A stretch of 64,000 bases of DNA from Candidatus Lutacidiplasma silvani (GTDB taxonomy: Archaea > Thermoplasmatota > Thermoplasmata > Lutacidiplasmatales > UBA184), in contig JAKIVZ010000001.1 in the NCBI GenBank assembly GCA_022750295.1, positions 133,651 through 197,650 on the forward strand, in the 5' to 3' direction. How positions within the stretch are numbered: position 1 is the stretch's first letter; each line of letters starts with the position of its first letter. Under the pieces are notes generated by a model. The model ran no database searches, had not been told where the DNA came from, and saw nothing but the letters and a program-made list of their open reading frames with translations. This document shows, in pieces, positions 45,536 through 55,142 of this stretch. The position numbers were made by a program, and so were the translations under genes.

Positions 45536-47209
45536 ATGCGTCGTCATGACGTCGTGGTCGTGGGAGCCGGGCTCGCCGGCCAGCGCGCCGCGCTCGCCGC
45601 CCTCGAGGCGAAGCAGGACGTCGCCATCGTCACGAAGCTCCACCCGCTCCGCTCGCACTCGGGGGCGGCGCAGGGGGGCATCAACGCCGCGATCGGGAAG
45701 GAAGACTCCGTCGACACCCACATCTACGACACGGTGAAAGGGTCCGACTACCTCGGCGACCAAGACGCGATCGAGTTCTTCTGCACCGAAGCGGGCGCGA
45801 CGGTCATCGAGGCCGAGCACTTCGGGACGATCTTCAGCCGGGCGCCGGACGGGACCCTCGCCCGCCGTCCGTTCGGGGGGGCGGCGTTCCCCCGCACGAT
45901 CTACGCGGCCGACCGGACCGGCCTCGCGCTTCTCCAGGGGCTGTACGAGCAGCTCGGGACCGCCTCCCCGACGATCTACGAGGAGTGGGACCTGACCTCC
46001 GTCGTCGTCCGCGACGGCCGGTGCCAGGGGATCGTGGCGTTCGACCGCCGCCGCGGGACGTTCGAGGAGATCGCGGCGAAGAGCGTCGTCCTCGCCACCG
46101 GACCGGCCGGGCGGGTTTACGGTCGGACCACGAACGCCCACACCTGCACCGGCGACGGCATCGCCGCCGCCTACCGGGCGGGGGCGGCGCTGAAGGACAT
46201 GGAATTCGTCCAGTTCCACCCGACGGCGCTCCTCGAGTCGTCGATCTTGATCACCGAGGGGGCCCGCGGCGAGGGCGGGATCCTGAAGAACGCGAACGGC
46301 GAGCGGTTCATGGTCCGCTACGCGCCCCATGTGCAGGACCTCGCAAGCCGGGACGTCGTCAGCCGGGCGATCGTCACGGAGGTCCGCGAGGGGCGAGGAT
46401 TCCCCGGCTCGTACGTCCATCTCGAACTGATGCATCTCGGGAAGGAGCGGATCGAATCCCGCCTTCAGGAGATCTGCGACTTCTGCCGGACGTTCGCGGG
46501 GGTCGACCCGGTCGTCGAGCCGATCCCGATCATGCCGGCGCAGCACTACATGATGGGCGGCATCGGCACGAACCTCCGGGGGGAGACGAACGTCCCCGGA
46601 CTGTTCGCCGCCGGCGAGGCGGCGTGCGTGTCGATCCATGGGGCCAACCGGCTCGGCGGGAACTCGCTCTTGGAGACCCTGGTCTTCGGCAAGCAAGCCG
46701 GCATCGCGGCCGCGAAGCACGCGGGAACCGCCCCGGCGCCCGAGGTTCAGCAATCGGACGTGGACGCGGAGGAGACCCGGGTCGGCGTGATGGCGTCCCG
46801 GACCGTCGGCGAGGAGCCCCAGCACCTTCGGATGGCGATGCAGGCGACGATGGACCTCAAGGTCGGCGTGTTCCGGCGGCCCGAAGAGCTCGGCGAGGCG
46901 TTGACGGAGATCCGGGCCCTCAAGGCCCGGTACGACCACGTCCGGATCGTCGACACCTCGAAGTCCTACAATCTCAACCTCACCGACGCGCTCGAGACCG
47001 GGAACATGCTCGATCTCGCCGAGACGATCGTCGCCGGCGCGATCGCCCGGACCGAGAGTCGCGGGGCCCACTCGCGGCTCGATTTCCCGAAGCGGGACGA
47101 CGCGACCTGGATGCGGCATACGCTCGCCAGCAAGGGACGGGACGGCCCCGTCCTCTCTTACGCGCCGGTCGCCTACACGCGGTGGGAGCCGAAGGAGCGC
47201 GTGTACTGA
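45536..47209 (+). CDS. sdhA: succinate dehydrogenase/fumarate reductase flavoprotein subunit
   Basis: The FAD-binding N-terminus is [15 protein letters not shown]. The covalent FAD histidine context is [10 protein letters not shown], and the motif [11 protein letters not shown] is present. Confidence 0.92.
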   Translation: MRRHDVVVVGAGLAGQRAALAALEAKQDVAIVTKLHPLRSHSGAAQGGINAAIGKEDSVDTHIYDTVKGSDYLGDQDAIEFFCTEAGATVIEAEHFGTIFSRAPDGTLARRPFGGAAFPRTIYAADRTGLALLQGLYEQLGTASPTIYEEWDLTSVVVRDGRCQGIVAFDRRRGTFEEIAAKSVVLATGPAGRVYGRTTNAHTCTGDGIAAAYRAGAALKDMEFVQFHPTALLESSILITEGARGEGGILKNANGERFMVRYAPHVQDLASRDVVSRAIVTEVREGRGFPGSYVHLELMHLGKERIESRLQEICDFCRTFAGVDPVVEPIPIMPAQHYMMGGIGTNLRGETNVPGLFAAGEAACVSIHGANRLGGNSLLETLVFGKQAGIAAAKHAGTAPAPEVQQSDVDAEETRVGVMASRTVGEEPQHLRMAMQATMDLKVGVFRRPEELGEALTEIRALKARYDHVRIVDTSKSYNLNLTDALETGNMLDLAETIVAGAIARTESRGAHSRLDFPKRDDATWMRHTLASKGRDGPVLSYAPVAYTRWEPKERVY

Positions 47210-48180
47210 TGGCGGCGACGACGGTCCCGATCCCATTCGAGGTGTACCGCTTCGACCCGGCGAAGGACAAGGCGCCCCGGTACGACCGGGTCACCCTCGA
47301 CCTCGCCCCGCACACTCCGGTCCTCACGGCGCTGCTCAAGATTCGGACCAACACCGACCCGTCGCTCACCCTCCGGTACTCGTGCCGCAGCGCGATCTGC
47401 GGCTCGTGCGCGATGGTGATCAACTCGAAGAGCCGGCTCGCCTGCCAGACGCAGGTCGGGGCGGAGTTCGCGAAACACGGCAAGATCGTCGTCGAGCCGA
47501 TGCGGAACCAGCCGGTAGTCCGCGACCTCGTCGTCGACCAGCAGCCGTTCTGGAACAACTACCGGAAGATCGAGCCGCACCTCAAACTCGACCCGACCCA
47601 GCCGATGCCGGTCGGGAAGGAGAACCCGATGACCCCCGCGGAGGTCGAGCGATTCAAGGAGACCCCCCGGTGCATCGCCTGCGCGGCGTGCTACTCCGCG
47701 TGCCCAGCCGTCGAGGCGGACCCGGCGTTCCCCGGGCCGATGGCGCTCGCGAAGCTCTACCGGTTCGTCGTCGACCCGCGCGACAAGGACACGAAGAACC
47801 GGCTCGTCCGGATCCAGCCCGACGGCCTCTGGCTGTGCCTGCGCTGCCATCTCTGCACCGAAGCGTGCCCGAAGGACGTCCAGCCGTCCGAGCGGATCCG
47901 CGACCTGAAGGAACTCGCCATCGCGGCCGCCGGGACCTCGGAGGCCGGGAGCCGCCACGCGGTCGCGTTCAAGGAGAACATCGGCGAGGCCGGGGTCCTG
48001 AACGAGTTCAAGCTGGTCCGGCAGACGTACGGGACGATGGAGATGCTGAAGCAGGTCCCGCAGGGGATGAAGATCGCCCGGAAGAAGCCGGAACTGATCA
48101 AGAAACCCCACCCCATCGAAGGGGTCGAAGAAGTGAAGGCGATCTACCGGGCCCTCGACACGGAATCGGAGGATCGATGA
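47209..48180 (+). CDS. sdhB: succinate dehydrogenase iron-sulfur subunit (type E, extended C-terminus)
   Basis: The ATG overlaps the sdhA stop (ATGA). The 2Fe-2S motif CRSAICGSCAM and the 4Fe-4S motifs CIACAACYSACP and CLRCHLCTEACP are present. Confidence 0.88.
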   Translation: MAATTVPIPFEVYRFDPAKDKAPRYDRVTLDLAPHTPVLTALLKIRTNTDPSLTLRYSCRSAICGSCAMVINSKSRLACQTQVGAEFAKHGKIVVEPMRNQPVVRDLVVDQQPFWNNYRKIEPHLKLDPTQPMPVGKENPMTPAEVERFKETPRCIACAACYSACPAVEADPAFPGPMALAKLYRFVVDPRDKDTKNRLVRIQPDGLWLCLRCHLCTEACPKDVQPSERIRDLKELAIAAAGTSEAGSRHAVAFKENIGEAGVLNEFKLVRQTYGTMEMLKQVPQGMKIARKKPELIKKPHPIEGVEEVKAIYRALDTESEDR

Positions 48181-49064
48181 AGTTCGCGTACTACCCCGGC
48201 TGCGTCGCCCAGGAGTCGGGCCGGGAGCTCGACATGGCGACCCGGTGGGTGTGCCGCCATCTCGGCATCGAGCTCGTCGACTTCCCGAAGTTCTCGTGCT
48301 GCGGCTCCGGGTTCATCGACGAGGCGAACTCGGTCCTGAACGTCGCGCTCAACGCGCGGAACCTTGCGATTGCCGAAGGGGCCGGCCTCGACCTGATGAC
48401 GGTCTGCTCGACGTGCCAGGGGATGCTCTCCCTCGCCAACCGCCGGCTCGAGGAGGCGCCGGTGAAGGCGAAGGTCGACTCGGTCCTCGCTCCCCTCGGG
48501 ATCCATTACGCCGGGAAGACGAAGGTCACGCACCTCCTCTCCATCCTCACCGAACAGGTCGGCGCCGACGCCCTGAAGAAGCGGGTCGTCCGACCGCTCA
48601 CCGGCCTCAAGGTCGGGGCGTTCTACGGCTGCCACCTCCTCCGTCCCCAGGCGGAGATGCACTCGGAGAGCGCCGAGGAGCCGCACTCGTTCGAGGACCT
48701 GATCTCCGCGATCGGCGCGACTCCGGTGATGTACCGCGGCCGCGTGATGTGCTGCGGGTTCCCGATCCTCTTCGTGAAGGAGCCGACGGCGAACCGGATC
48801 GCGGCCCGCCAGATCGACGACGCGAAGGCGCACGGCGCCGACGCGATGGCGACGCCGTGCCCGCTCTGCCATATCTCGTTGGACAGCTTCCAGAACAAGG
48901 CCGAGCACGAGGCCGGCCACGAACTGAACATGCCGGTGTTCCACCTCCCCCAGCTCGTCGGGCTCGCGCTCGGGGCCTCGGCCGAGGAGCTCGGCCTCCC
49001 GCGCCACCTCGTCTCGACCGACGCGGCGCTCGCCAAGGTCGCCCAGGTCGCGGTGCCCACATGA
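48177..49064 (+). CDS. sdhC: succinate dehydrogenase subunit C of type E (HdrB-like, two CCG domains)
   Basis: The start overlaps the sdhB stop. There are two Cys-rich CCG domains (FSCCGSGF and VMCCGFPI) with flanking Cys, as in Sulfolobus/Thermoplasma SdhC or the HdrB-like part of TfrB. Confidence 0.8.
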   Translation: MKFAYYPGCVAQESGRELDMATRWVCRHLGIELVDFPKFSCCGSGFIDEANSVLNVALNARNLAIAEGAGLDLMTVCSTCQGMLSLANRRLEEAPVKAKVDSVLAPLGIHYAGKTKVTHLLSILTEQVGADALKKRVVRPLTGLKVGAFYGCHLLRPQAEMHSESAEEPHSFEDLISAIGATPVMYRGRVMCCGFPILFVKEPTANRIAARQIDDAKAHGADAMATPCPLCHISLDSFQNKAEHEAGHELNMPVFHLPQLVGLALGASAEELGLPRHLVSTDAALAKVAQVAVPT

Positions 49065-49468
49065 GCCGCGAGCGGTTCCGCGACGGCACGTCGTTCGAGT
49101 CGCAGGTCGGCTACGTCCGGGCCGTGCGGGCCGGCGAGTGCATCTACGTCTCGGGCACCACCGCGATCGACGACGCCGGCGAGGTCGTGGGCGGCGAGAG
49201 CAGCTACGACCAGGCGAAGTTCGCTCTCTCGAAAGCGGTCCGGGCGCTCGGCTCGCTCGGGGGCCAGGTCGACGACGTCGTGCGGACCCGGTGGTTCGTG
49301 ACGCGCGTCGACGATTGGGAGGACGTCGGTCGGGCCCACCGCGAGGTCTTCGGCCAGTCCCCGCCCGCCTCGACGATGGTCGGGGTCCCCCGGCTCATCG
49401 ACGGTCGGCTCCTCGTCGAGGTCGAGCTCGACGCGGTCGTCGCGAACCCGGCCGCCGACCCGAAGTGA
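49061..49468 (+). CDS. ridA: RidA/YjgF/TdcF-family protein
   Basis: The ATG overlaps the sdhC stop (ATGA). GECIYVSGTTAIDD...RTRWFVT is a typical RidA fold signature. Confidence 0.8.
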   Translation: MSRERFRDGTSFESQVGYVRAVRAGECIYVSGTTAIDDAGEVVGGESSYDQAKFALSKAVRALGSLGGQVDDVVRTRWFVTRVDDWEDVGRAHREVFGQSPPASTMVGVPRLIDGRLLVEVELDAVVANPAADPK

Positions 49469-49486
49469 GGTCCCTGGGCACCGGCG

Positions 49487-50101
49487 ATGACGATGGCCGT
49501 TTCGCTCAACAGCTCCGACGCCGGCCCGATCGTCCTCCTCATTCTCATCGCGGTGATCATCGGTCGCCGCGTGGTCCTGATGGTCCGGGGGACCCAGGTC
49601 CGTCCCGGCCGGATGTTCGCGATCGCGGCGTTCTACGTCGCGTTGTTCGGGCTCACCATCGCCTCGTCGTTCAACGAGCTCCCCGTCTGGACCTACGTGG
49701 TCGACATCGCCGTCGTGGTCGCGGCGAGCATCGGGGCGACCGTCCTCGTCCAGAAGCGGGTCGTCGTCGAGTGGAAGGACGGGATGTGGATGTACCGGCT
49801 CGGCGCCCTCATCCCGGCGATCTACCTCACCCTCTTCGTCGTCCGGCTCGCGTTGGACCTCTTCGTGCTGAACGTGAACCCGTTCGATTTCACGACCCTC
49901 CCGAGCCCGGCGCCGCTGACGGGAACGCCGCTCGTGATCGTCGTCCTCGTCGACGTCCTCTTCGCGTTCTCGACCGGACTCCTCGTCGGGCGGACCCTGG
50001 GAGTGTACCTCGAGTACCGGAAGTTCGCCAAGGCCGGCCCCCCTCCCGGCGCGGTCCCGCTCCCCGGGGCCGGCGGGGGCCCGTCACCCCCCGCAAGTTG
50101 A
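49487..50101 (+). CDS. hypothetical polytopic membrane protein
   Basis: About four hydrophobic helices are present and the composition is coding-like. Confidence 0.5.
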   Translation: MTMAVSLNSSDAGPIVLLILIAVIIGRRVVLMVRGTQVRPGRMFAIAAFYVALFGLTIASSFNELPVWTYVVDIAVVVAASIGATVLVQKRVVVEWKDGMWMYRLGALIPAIYLTLFVVRLALDLFVLNVNPFDFTTLPSPAPLTGTPLVIVVLVDVLFAFSTGLLVGRTLGVYLEYRKFAKAGPPPGAVPLPGAGGGPSPPAS

Positions 50102-50129
50102 TGAACGGGGCCCCCGTCGGCGGTCCCGG

Positions 50130-50885
50130 ATGAGCCCGGACTCTCCGAAGGCGAAGACCGCCCGGGAGGAGGCCCTCTCGGACACGGGCCGGATCATCTC
50201 CCTCACCGACGGGATCTTCGCGTTCGCGATGACTCTCCTCGTCCTCAGCCTCGTCGTCCCGTCGGCCGTCTGTACGGCGGGGCTCGCGTTCTGCGCCACC
50301 CACTCCACCCTCAACTCCCCCGCCTACTCCGGCACGCTCTGGAACCTCCTGAGGCAAGAATGGAACGAGTTCGCCGCGTACGTCCTCGCGTTCGTCGTGA
50401 TCAGCGTCTGGTGGTCGATGCACCACTCGGTGTTCGGGTTCATCAAGCGGTACGACTCGACCCTGCTCTGGATGAACCAGATGTTCCTCCTGGGGATCTC
50501 GGTCACCCCGTTCATCCTCGGAGTTCGCAGCACCTTCTCCAACACGGCGGCCGCGAACGAGCTCTATGGCGGAGCGCAGACGGTCGTCGGCCTGCTCCTC
50601 TGCGCGATCGTGTTCTACTCGACCGACCACCACCGGCTCGTCGACCGGAAGATGAGCGGGGAGGAGATCCAGCAGCAGAAGGTCCGGGTGATCTACCTCA
50701 CGGTCGCCTTCGCCGCGACCGTGCCGGTGGCGCTGGTCGACGTCGGGGCCTCGCAGCTCGCCTTCGGCGTGATCCTCGGGCTGCTCTACTTCATCCGGAT
50801 CCGGCACCTGAAGGCGCGGAGGAAGGGTCGTGCTCCCGAGGTCCATCCGTTGCCGTTAGGCGACGACCCCCCTCTCCCGCGGTGA
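50130..50885 (+). CDS. DUF1211/TMEM175-like membrane protein (putative K+ channel family)
   Basis: RIISLTDGIFAFAMTLLVLSLV is the family signature R..SDG.FA.A.TLLV. About six TM segments are present. Confidence 0.7.
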   Translation: MSPDSPKAKTAREEALSDTGRIISLTDGIFAFAMTLLVLSLVVPSAVCTAGLAFCATHSTLNSPAYSGTLWNLLRQEWNEFAAYVLAFVVISVWWSMHHSVFGFIKRYDSTLLWMNQMFLLGISVTPFILGVRSTFSNTAAANELYGGAQTVVGLLLCAIVFYSTDHHRLVDRKMSGEEIQQQKVRVIYLTVAFAATVPVALVDVGASQLAFGVILGLLYFIRIRHLKARRKGRAPEVHPLPLGDDPPLPR

Positions 50886-51090
50886 CGTACAGGTGCAACC
50901 GGTCGCACATCCCCCGGAAGTACCGGGCCCCGCCCCCGGGATGGGCGGACGCGAGCTCGGCCGCGATCGACTCGTCGGACCACGACGGGTCGACCTGGGG
51001 GGTGAACATGCAGGCGAACACGACGAACCGCTTCCCCTCGAGGTCGAGGCGGTCGGTCTCCTCGGCCCCGCAGAACGGGCACCGCAACAT
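50791..51090 (-). CDS. small zinc-ribbon protein (hypothetical)
   Basis: The internal ATG begins MLRCPFCGAEETDRLDLEGKRFVVFACMFTPQ. Its 3-prime end overlaps the convergent DUF1211 gene by about 95 nt, which lowers confidence. Confidence 0.3.
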   Translation of the reverse strand: MLRCPFCGAEETDRLDLEGKRFVVFACMFTPQVDPSWSDESIAAELASAHPGGGARYFRGMCDRLHLYVTAGEGGRRLTATDGPREHDPSSAPSGAGSG

Positions 51091-51136
51091 CGTTCGGGAA
51101 CCTCCCCTTCGCAAGATAGGGTTGGCGGGGGGGGCG

Positions 51137-51355
51137 TTAGTCGATGTAGCCGAGGGAGCGGAGCCGTTCCTTCAGGCGCCGCTCGTCCTCCTCGCTGAAC
51201 GGGATCTCCCCGGGTTCCTCGAGGAGCCGGGCGAGGACGAACTCGACGAACGCGTCGACCGAGGCGAACCCGCTGTCCCGGATCCGCTGGTCGATCCCCT
51301 GCGCGACCTCTTCGGGGATGGTCACGGTGCGGCGAGTCGGTTCGGGAGCGGCCAT
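51137..51355 (-). CDS. ribbon-helix-helix (CopG-like) DNA-binding protein
   Basis: RRTVTIPEEVAQGIDQRIRDSGFASVDAFVEFVLARLLEE is an RHH beta-strand plus two helices. The start was taken at the ATG at about 51355. Confidence 0.65.
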   Translation of the reverse strand: MAAPEPTRRTVTIPEEVAQGIDQRIRDSGFASVDAFVEFVLARLLEEPGEIPFSEEDERRLKERLRSLGYID

Positions 51356-51416
51356 GGACGGCTGGAAATCTCGCAAACCCGGGCGGGGATAGGCTCTTCG
51401 CGAGTGCGAAGGCGTG

Positions 51417-52364
51417 TCACTCCCACTCGATCGTCGCGGGCGGCTTGTCGGTGATGTCGTACAGGACCCGGGTGACGCTCCCCGAGAGGGTCCGGGTGAT
51501 CCGCTCGGCGATCCTACGTCGGAGCTCGACCGGCGGGTCGGCGGCGGTCCCGGTCATCGCGTCGTTGCTCTCGACGATCCGGACGCTGACGGCCTCTCCG
51601 TAGACCCGGTTGTCGCCCATCACGCCGACCGTACGGACCGGGAGGAGGACGGCGAAGTACTGCCAGGGGCGGGCGAGCTTCCCCGCGGCGATCGCCGCCT
51701 CGACCTCCTCCTCGACGATCGCGTTGGCGACGCGGGCCGTCTCGACCCGGGCGCGCGAGATCGGGCCGGCGACCCGGACGGCGAGGCCCGGCCCGGGGAA
51801 CGGCTGACGCTCGGGGTGGGGGATCCCGAGGTGGGCCGAGAGCATCCGAACTTCGTCCTTGTACAGGTCGCGGAGCGGCTCGACGAGCGTGAGGCGGGAG
51901 TCCTTCGGGACCCCGCCGACGTTGTGGTGGGTCTTGATCGTGTCCCGGAGCGACCCGCCGCTCTCGATCCAGTCGGGGGCGATCGTCCCCTGGACGAGCC
52001 GGTCGGCGCCGAACTTGTCGGCCTCCTCCTCGAACAGTCGGATGAACGCGGTCCCGATCCGGCGGCGTTTCTCCTCGGGGTCGGAGACCCCGTCGAGGGT
52101 CGAAAGGAACCGGTCGGCCGCCGGAACGACGGTCACGGGAAGTTGGCTGGCCGCGAAGAACCCCTGGACGAGCGCGATCTCGTTCGCGCGCAGGAGCCCC
52201 GTGTCGACGAAGAGGGACCGCGCCCGGTCCCCGAGGGCCCGGTGGGTGAGGACCGCCGCGGCGGTGCTGTCGATCCCGCCGCTGGCCGCGACGATCGCCT
52301 TGCCGGGCACCGCCGCGCGGATCGCGGCGAGCGCCTCGTCGACGAACTTCGCCGGGTCCTTCAC
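51417..52364 (-). CDS. guaAB: GMP synthase subunit B (ATP pyrophosphatase domain, GuaAB)
   Basis: The PP-loop is AIVAASGGIDSTAAA, with a C-terminal dimerisation domain. A GTG start overlaps the purE stop (GTGA). No adjacent GATase subunit was found. Confidence 0.88.
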   Translation of the reverse strand: MKDPAKFVDEALAAIRAAVPGKAIVAASGGIDSTAAAVLTHRALGDRARSLFVDTGLLRANEIALVQGFFAASQLPVTVVPAADRFLSTLDGVSDPEEKRRRIGTAFIRLFEEEADKFGADRLVQGTIAPDWIESGGSLRDTIKTHHNVGGVPKDSRLTLVEPLRDLYKDEVRMLSAHLGIPHPERQPFPGPGLAVRVAGPISRARVETARVANAIVEEEVEAAIAAGKLARPWQYFAVLLPVRTVGVMGDNRVYGEAVSVRIVESNDAMTGTAADPPVELRRRIAERITRTLSGSVTRVLYDITDKPPATIEWE

Positions 52365-52822
52365 AGGATGGCCTTCGGCGAGGGGGTCGGCTCCTCGCGC
52401 CACTTCGCCCGGTACCGCTCGAGCGCGGCGGTGATCTCGGGGTACTTCAGGGCGAGGATCTGGGCCGCGAGGAGGGCGGCGTTCTCCGTGGCATCGAGCC
52501 CGACCGCGGCCACGGGGACGCCGGGCGGCATCTGGACGACGGAGAGGAGGCTGTCGAGGCCGAGTCCCCGATGGATCGGAACCCCGACCACCGGCTTCAA
52601 CGTCCGGGCGGCGACGGCCCCGGGCAGCGCCGCGGAAAGGCCGGCCATCGCGACGAAGACGTCGACCTCCGGGTCGGCGACGATCCGGTCGACCTTCTCG
52701 GGGGTCCGGTGGGCCGAGGCGACGTGGACGTCGCAGGGGACCCCGAGGTCGGTCAACCGGGCGCGGACCTTCTCGGCCAGTTCGAGGTCCGATTTGCTCC
52801 CGACGAGCACGGCGACCTTCAT
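52361..52822 (-). CDS. purE: N5-carboxyaminoimidazole ribonucleotide mutase
   Basis: The start was taken at the ATG at 52822 (MKVAVLVGSKSDL). AMAGLSAALPGAVAA is the PurE signature. Confidence 0.88.
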   Translation of the reverse strand: MKVAVLVGSKSDLELAEKVRARLTDLGVPCDVHVASAHRTPEKVDRIVADPEVDVFVAMAGLSAALPGAVAARTLKPVVGVPIHRGLGLDSLLSVVQMPPGVPVAAVGLDATENAALLAAQILALKYPEITAALERYRAKWREEPTPSPKAIL

Positions 52823-52887
52823 GCGCCCGACGAGGGGACGCGGGAGAAAAGCGTGACGCGCGCGGGCGACCCCGGCGCGCAAGGGCT

Positions 52888-53559
52888 TTGTCGCCTGGTC
52901 CCCCGCTCCCGGCCGTGCGGTTGCATCGCGGAGGCCGCACCCGGACCTGGCTCGGCGCCCGGTTCGGGGGTGGGTACGAGCTCGGCGACCGGCTCTACCG
53001 CCGCCTCCTGCACTGTCTCGGCGCGCTGGCCGTCCTCTACCTGATCCTGCCGTCGGGGTTCTTCGTCGTAGTACCGACGGAGGTCGTGCTCCTCGCCGCC
53101 CTCGAGATGATCCTCGTCCTCGAGTTCCTTCGCCACGTCCGCGGCTGGGAGATGCCGACGATCCGGCCGTACGAGAAGGACCGGATCGCGAGCTACGCCT
53201 GGTATGGGATCGCCCTCACCGCCGCCCTCCTGTTGTTTCCCCGGCCCGTCGCCGCGGCGGTGATCGTGGGGACCGCGTTGGTCGACCCACTCCTGGGCGA
53301 GCTCCGACTGAGAGCGGCGACCCCGGTCGGGTCGCTCGCACCGGGGATCGGGATCTACGCCGTGGTCGCCGCGGCCGCGTTCATGATCTTCGGCGGATGG
53401 CGAGGACTCCCGGTCGTGGAGTTCGCGATTCTGGCGGCCGTCCTCGCCGTCCTCGTCGAGTGGCCGACGTGGGGGACCGTGGACGACGACCTCGCCATGA
53501 CCCTCGTTCCGGGGGCGGTTCTGACCGCGATTCTCCTCGTTCGTCCCGGGTTCGCCTAG
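52888..53559 (+). CDS. polytopic membrane protein (possibly polyprenol/dolichol kinase or CDP-alcohol-type family)
   Basis: Multiple hydrophobic helices are present. The functional family is uncertain. Confidence 0.45.
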   Translation: MSPGPPLPAVRLHRGGRTRTWLGARFGGGYELGDRLYRRLLHCLGALAVLYLILPSGFFVVVPTEVVLLAALEMILVLEFLRHVRGWEMPTIRPYEKDRIASYAWYGIALTAALLLFPRPVAAAVIVGTALVDPLLGELRLRAATPVGSLAPGIGIYAVVAAAAFMIFGGWRGLPVVEFAILAAVLAVLVEWPTWGTVDDDLAMTLVPGAVLTAILLVRPGFA

Positions 53560-53594
53560 TCGAGCGTCGCCGATGGCGGAGGTTCGATCCGACC

Positions 53595-54248
53595 TCAGCT
53601 GCTGGCGCGCTTTCGGTAGAAGGCGGAAATGACGAACACCCCGAGCCAGACGAACTCGGCGTACCCTGGGCTCACCAGGGCGACCGGGATCGAGACGGCG
53701 AAGACCACCGGCGTGGCCACCATGTGCCGGTTCAGGTAGGTTCGCCACGCGGGAGGGAAGTTCGGCCCGACGAGCGCGCCCGGCCCCGACGCGTACCACC
53801 AGAGACCCCCGAGCGACGTACCGGCCGCGATCTGGATCCCCGCGAAGAACACGTCCCCGACGGGAGTCCCATTGGCCGAATTCAGAACGATCGTCGCGAA
53901 GGGAAGGATGGCCATGAAAATGAGGAAAATCGAATTCAGCCGGACGAGCGGCCGGTCGAACCTCCGGATGTAGGTGAAGATCAGGTGATGGCCCTGCCAC
54001 CACATCGCGATCACGAAGAACGTGAACACGTAGGCGAACAGCGGGCCATCGAGGTTCCCGTCGACAATGTAGGTTTGGAGCTTGGTTCCGGTGTCGCCGG
54101 TCGGCAGCACGAGTCCCAGGACGAGGAGGGTCATGGCAAACGCGAAAATTCCATCGCTCAGGGCGAGGATCCGGCTCATGTCCTGCCCCCGGAACACCCA
54201 GGGCGCCTCGAGTCGGTCGGAACGAATCGGGGTCTCGTCGGCTTCCAT
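53595..54248 (-). CDS. DUF1211/TMEM175-like membrane protein, second paralog
   Basis: This is the C-terminal 217 aa of ORF 53595..55112. RILALSDGIFAFAMTLLVLGLV has the same signature as the 50130..50885 product. The upstream part of the ORF is R/G/P-rich junk, so the start was taken at the ATG at about 54248. Confidence 0.65.
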   Translation of the reverse strand: MEADETPIRSDRLEAPWVFRGQDMSRILALSDGIFAFAMTLLVLGLVLPTGDTGTKLQTYIVDGNLDGPLFAYVFTFFVIAMWWQGHHLIFTYIRRFDRPLVRLNSIFLIFMAILPFATIVLNSANGTPVGDVFFAGIQIAAGTSLGGLWWYASGPGALVGPNFPPAWRTYLNRHMVATPVVFAVSIPVALVSPGYAEFVWLGVFVISAFYRKRASS

Positions 54249-54364
54249 TCGGTCGGTCCGCCGAGGACGGCCCGTGACCAAGAAGGTTCCTCCAGCGATC
54301 GTACTCGGAACGCTCCCTGGCACCGCCTCGACCGACGGAATCGTCCGACGGCGAGCGGGTCCGG

Positions 54365-55084
54365 CTACGACGTCGACGCGGATGCAAGCCAGTCGAGGAT
54401 CGGACGCCGGAGTCGGACCTCGCGGCCAGGTCCGCGGCGGACAAACCCGCCCTGCTCGAGGCTTCGGAGGAGCTCGTGACCGATCGAACCTCCGATGTGC
54501 CAGCGACGCTCGGAAGAATCGAGGCACCCGGGAGCGAACTTCCGCCGGGCTTCCCGACAGAGCGGGACGCTCACGCCCCGACGGAGGAGCTCGACCTCCC
54601 CCCGACGCGTGACGACGAATCCCGAGGCCGACCGGACCATCCATCGGAGCCGCTCCATCTCGGCCGCCAGCTCGACGGCGCGCGCGCCCGCGAGGTGGTC
54701 GTAGCAGGTCCGGGCGATCTGGAGCGGCGAACCCGGCATCGGGCGTTCCGTGGGGCCCTTCGACCTCCGGGATCGGTCGCCCGGAGCCGACGCGAGCTCC
54801 CCGAGGAGCCGCTGGATCGCGTCTCCATCGACCGAGTAGATCCGATGGCGACCTCGCGGCTCGATCCGGACCAGGCCGACCCCTCGGAGGACGGCGAGCT
54901 GGAGCGACGCTTGCGAGGGCCGGAGTCCCAGGACGGCCGCGAGCTCCCCGACGGTGGCGGGCGAGCCGACGAGCCGACCGAGGATCTGGACGCGCCGCGG
55001 GTCGGAGACGGCGCGGGCCCTCCGGGCCAGTTCGGCCGCCGCGACCGCTCCGAACCCCGGCGGGTCGTTCGGCGTGGTCCACAT
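54365..55084 (-). CDS. ArsR-family HTH transcriptional regulator with C-terminal domain
   Basis: DPRRVQILGRLVGSPATVGELAAVLGLRPSQASLQLAVLRGVGLVRIEPRGRHRIYSV is a winged HTH. The start was taken at an internal ATG, with about 1 nt coordinate uncertainty. Confidence 0.65.
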   Translation of the reverse strand: MWTTPNDPPGFGAVAAAELARRARAVSDPRRVQILGRLVGSPATVGELAAVLGLRPSQASLQLAVLRGVGLVRIEPRGRHRIYSVDGDAIQRLLGELASAPGDRSRRSKGPTERPMPGSPLQIARTCYDHLAGARAVELAAEMERLRWMVRSASGFVVTRRGEVELLRRGVSVPLCREARRKFAPGCLDSSERRWHIGGSIGHELLRSLEQGGFVRRGPGREVRLRRPILDWLASASTS

Positions 55085-55142
55085 ATCTAGAAACCCGGAT
55101 ACGTCGACGCACTCAAGTAGGGTCTCCTGACGTTCGGGGGAG

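Noticed and set aside
53595-55112. Full 505-aa ORF as a single gene
   Set aside because: The N-terminal 290 aa are Arg/Gly/Pro-rich junk and overlap the ArsR-family gene on the same strand in another frame. Only the C-terminal about 217 aa (DUF1211-like) look real.
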